A DNA stretch of 64,000 bases, taken from Bdellovibrionales bacterium. Its GTDB lineage: Bacteria > Bdellovibrionota > Bdellovibrionia > Bdellovibrionales > UBA1609. The position numbers and the translations under genes were made by a program. The notes beneath the pieces were generated by a model. That model saw nothing but the letters and a program-made list of their open reading frames with translations, was not told where the DNA came from and did no database searches. This document shows positions 61,513 through 64,000 of the stretch, piece by piece; position 1 is the stretch's first letter; each line of letters opens with the position of its first letter. Where the stretch lies: the NCBI GenBank assembly GCA_965199825.1, contig OZ241329.1, positions 672,001 through 736,000 on the forward strand. Direction: 5' to 3'.

Positions 61513-63414
61513 TTACTCGACATAAAACATATAAGTTTCATTTGGGGCTAATCCACGAATCACCCAGCTGTTGGCATCGACGATGTCTTGTGTGCGCCGC
61601 AGTCCGTCCCACCCATAAACTTTTATTGTTTGTGCTCCCACAGTTGAGGGAACGGTATAACTTGTACCAAAGTGATTGGTCCAATTTTTCCAGTTTTGCC
61701 AAACGTAGAGTTTGGTGTTCGCCATAGTCCCAGACCCGGTCAACGCGAACTCTCCGCGACCCTTTGGATCCATTCTTTGATTGCTCACATCAAAGTTAAG
61801 ATTTCTTGTCAGCCACATCACGAGGCCAATCACTGCTCCGCGAGGGTTTGGCTGCCATATCGGTGCAAGTTGAGTTGCCAATGCATAACCTGGCTGTGCA
61901 TCGGCGAGGGTCATCCCGACGTTCCACACTTCAACAAATTTTGCAGCTGGTGTTTTGCCGTCGGCTTTCACAACACCAAAGTTATCCCATATCCCGGCAA
62001 GAAGAGCTTTCGCGGCGTACTCTTCACTCATCCCCGTCTGTGTTCCGTCCACAAGGCCACGGCCGTAAGCAAATTCTGTTTGGTAAAAATTGGGTTGTGT
62101 GGTGATACCTGCAGACTGAAGAACGCGGTCATAGCAAGATTGGGCAGAAAAGAGTCTGTCGCCAGCTTCGATCGGAAAATACTGATGGCTATAATAGATG
62201 TGGATATCAATACCATCGAGCGCGCCTGAATTAAACAAATCTGCTATAGCCTTGGCGTATCCGCCTACATTGCTATCAAGAGATGTTCCACACAGTCCAT
62301 ACCCGCCGGGCAAAACATGAAGGCTGGTGTTTACGGAATGAATTCCATCTGCCACACCTTTTATGGAGTCGTGATAGCCTGTCAGCGAAATACCGACCCG
62401 AATATCGGGTTCATTAAGAGCCTCGTAGCTCACAACTCCCCAGTCGTGAATCCCCTGAGAAATCAGCCAAGCCGAATTCGGCTGGTAGCGTGTCGCGTAC
62501 AACTGACCCACCTGATACATGACGTTGTAGCCCGGTGGATCTCCCGCCAAAGTGCCATCCCATTCAAAGATGAGCAGCGGAACACGAACGCCGTTTTGGT
62601 AAGCTTGAAGAATGAGAGCATCAAAGGGACTTGTTGAACCGAGCGTTTGTTTGTCCGCCTTCACATAATCTGTCCCACCCATTCTTAATCCACCTAAACC
62701 CAAAGTTTTAAGTCCAGCATATTGGCCGATTCCGTTGGGAGTGAGAGTTAAAACAGGATTGTACCAGAATGCGCCCGCGCCAATTTGTGCAAGCCCAGTT
62801 GGCGCGGTTGATGGAAAATTCATCTGAGGCATTTTGCCAGGATTTGGTAAGGCATAATCAACGATCGAAAAATTTTGCAACAAAGACTTTGCATTAATGG
62901 ACACCAGTTCTACCGGATCATTCAATTGACCCGTGTTGCTCAAACAATATTGAGCATCGGTACTGCAAATCACGTAGCTGTCGGAAACACCCATGCCCAC
63001 CACCCATGATTGAGTCGAGACATCTTGGGTACAAGGCTGAAGAATCGTTTGCGGACTCATCTGAATATTTTTGGAATCGAGGCATAGAGATGACTGACCC
63101 TGTAACGAAATTTGATATGTGCCATCGACATTTGGAGTAAACAATAATTGTTGTGCACCTTGATCACAGTCAGCAGCTACTAATTTTTCTGGAGGAGTGC
63201 CTTGAGCAATACCAAAACAGATGTTGGGCGTACCGGCTCTAAAGATTTGACCCGTCCTGGCAGAAGGCGGAGACTCCGACGATCCTGTCGAGGAATTGCC
63301 GTTAAGCTGAGACATCGCTTTAAACTGTTGCGAACAATTCATAAAAAACAGTGAACTGCACATAAAAAGACCGGTAAACAAAATAAGACTACGGATGTCG
63401 ATACGACGTTTCAA
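61513..63414 (-). CDS. Lipoprotein with ricin-B lectin and clan GH-A-like glycoside hydrolase domains
   Basis: FFMNCS signal; CLD...LQPC...QSW; ALNEPD, DGIDIHIY, YQTEF. Confidence 0.75.
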   Translation of the reverse strand: MKRRIDIRSLILFTGLFMCSSLFFMNCSQQFKAMSQLNGNSSTGSSESPPSARTGQIFRAGTPNICFGIAQGTPPEKLVAADCDQGAQQLLFTPNVDGTYQISLQGQSSLCLDSKNIQMSPQTILQPCTQDVSTQSWVVGMGVSDSYVICSTDAQYCLSNTGQLNDPVELVSINAKSLLQNFSIVDYALPNPGKMPQMNFPSTAPTGLAQIGAGAFWYNPVLTLTPNGIGQYAGLKTLGLGGLRMGGTDYVKADKQTLGSTSPFDALILQAYQNGVRVPLLIFEWDGTLAGDPPGYNVMYQVGQLYATRYQPNSAWLISQGIHDWGVVSYEALNEPDIRVGISLTGYHDSIKGVADGIHSVNTSLHVLPGGYGLCGTSLDSNVGGYAKAIADLFNSGALDGIDIHIYYSHQYFPIEAGDRLFSAQSCYDRVLQSAGITTQPNFYQTEFAYGRGLVDGTQTGMSEEYAAKALLAGIWDNFGVVKADGKTPAAKFVEVWNVGMTLADAQPGYALATQLAPIWQPNPRGAVIGLVMWLTRNLNFDVSNQRMDPKGRGEFALTGSGTMANTKLYVWQNWKNWTNHFGTSYTVPSTVGAQTIKVYGWDGLRRTQDIVDANSWVIRGLAPNETYMFYVE

Positions 63415-63677
63415 AGTTCCCCCCTGGACCCAATGATTAATTTTAACCTACTTAAGTCGCGTCAGTTGGAATTATAGAATTTGCCCGTACATTCTTCCTC
63501 AAAATTCTTTATATGAGACGTTTAAAAGAACAAATGGCTCGGACGATCGGCAGCAGCGCCTAAAAGCGAGTTCGAAAACACAGCCTTGGTAATTTTATGC
63601 TTTTGTTTTTATATTTTCGGCATCTTGCTGTCTGATCGATCACCGAAGAAATAGTGTCAGATTAATCAGAATAAAAA

Positions 63678-64000
63678 TTAATAATTAGAAAGCAGAATTT
63701 TTGCGCAAGCTAATCCAGTTTCGCGTGCATTCGCTTTTAGTGCGAGTTCTGAGAGTGCTTTACTTGCGTAGTCGTAAGGTGCGAGACGCGTGATCAAACT
63801 TTTAATACGAATGTCGAAATATCTATAAGGTGCTGGCGAAGTCTGAGTGATTCGATCCAAGGCACGAATAGCTTTTACTGCGAGTGGTGTCCCGTGATGC
63901 TTATCCGCGAAAGTCCTTAGAGTTTGCACTGCAATTAGTGATGCCTGGTATCGAACTTCATTTTTTTCCGGCACAACTCGATAGCTCACGCCCATCACGG
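63678..64000 (-). CDS. 3' part of a hypothetical protein that begins beyond the window
   Basis: Open frame to the window edge, ending ...GLACAKILLSNY. Confidence 0.55.
   Translation of the reverse strand, partial: VMGVSYRVVPEKNEVRYQASLIAVQTLRTFADKHHGTPLAVKAIRALDRITQTSPAPYRYFDIRIKSLITRLAPYDYASKALSELALKANARETGLACAKILLSNY

Noticed and set aside
702..62637. Numerous short antisense or alternate-frame ORFs in the track
   Set aside because: They are shadows of longer motif-bearing genes
26906..64000. Integron cassette array
   Set aside because: Genes are in mixed orientation, and I found no recurring RYYYAAC...GTTRRRY attC-like palindromes and no integrase
1..64000. CRISPR array, tRNA, rRNA, IS element or prophage
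   Set aside because: No regularly spaced repeats, cloverleaf, rRNA motifs, transposase or phage structural genes were recognised

Overview
Bacterial genomic window, most likely from a Bdellovibrionota-like (predatory) lineage. This is an inference from gene style: many ORFan secreted proteins, 'FQNCS'-type lipoprotein signals, and sigma28- and sigma54-like promoters. Positions 1-21,970 are mostly housekeeping: ribD, a rhodanese, a HAD-IG 5'-nucleotidase, a DUF2520-panB-panC-coaBC-coaX operon, a leucine-catabolism (liu-like) operon, a methyltransferase, a prolyl oligopeptidase, an NHL-repeat surface protein and the RNase P RNA. From about 22 kb, and especially 26.9-64 kb, the window is a long accessory array of single, mostly secreted genes in mixed orientation: proteases of several clans, glycan-active and lectin lipoproteins, paralogous ORFans and pseudogene debris. 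No integrase, transposase, tRNA, rRNA or CRISPR array was seen. The most striking unexplained structure is three single-gene units (0.8-1.5 kb), each bracketed by a 56-150 bp direct repeat made of a gene 3' end, plus further stranded 3'-end remnants. This suggests an integrase-free cassette-turnover system for secreted effectors. Many of these proteins share a terminal C-x-x-x-L motif, and two carry a twin-arginine signal directly behind a Sec signal. All product calls come from motif recognition by eye, not database searches.
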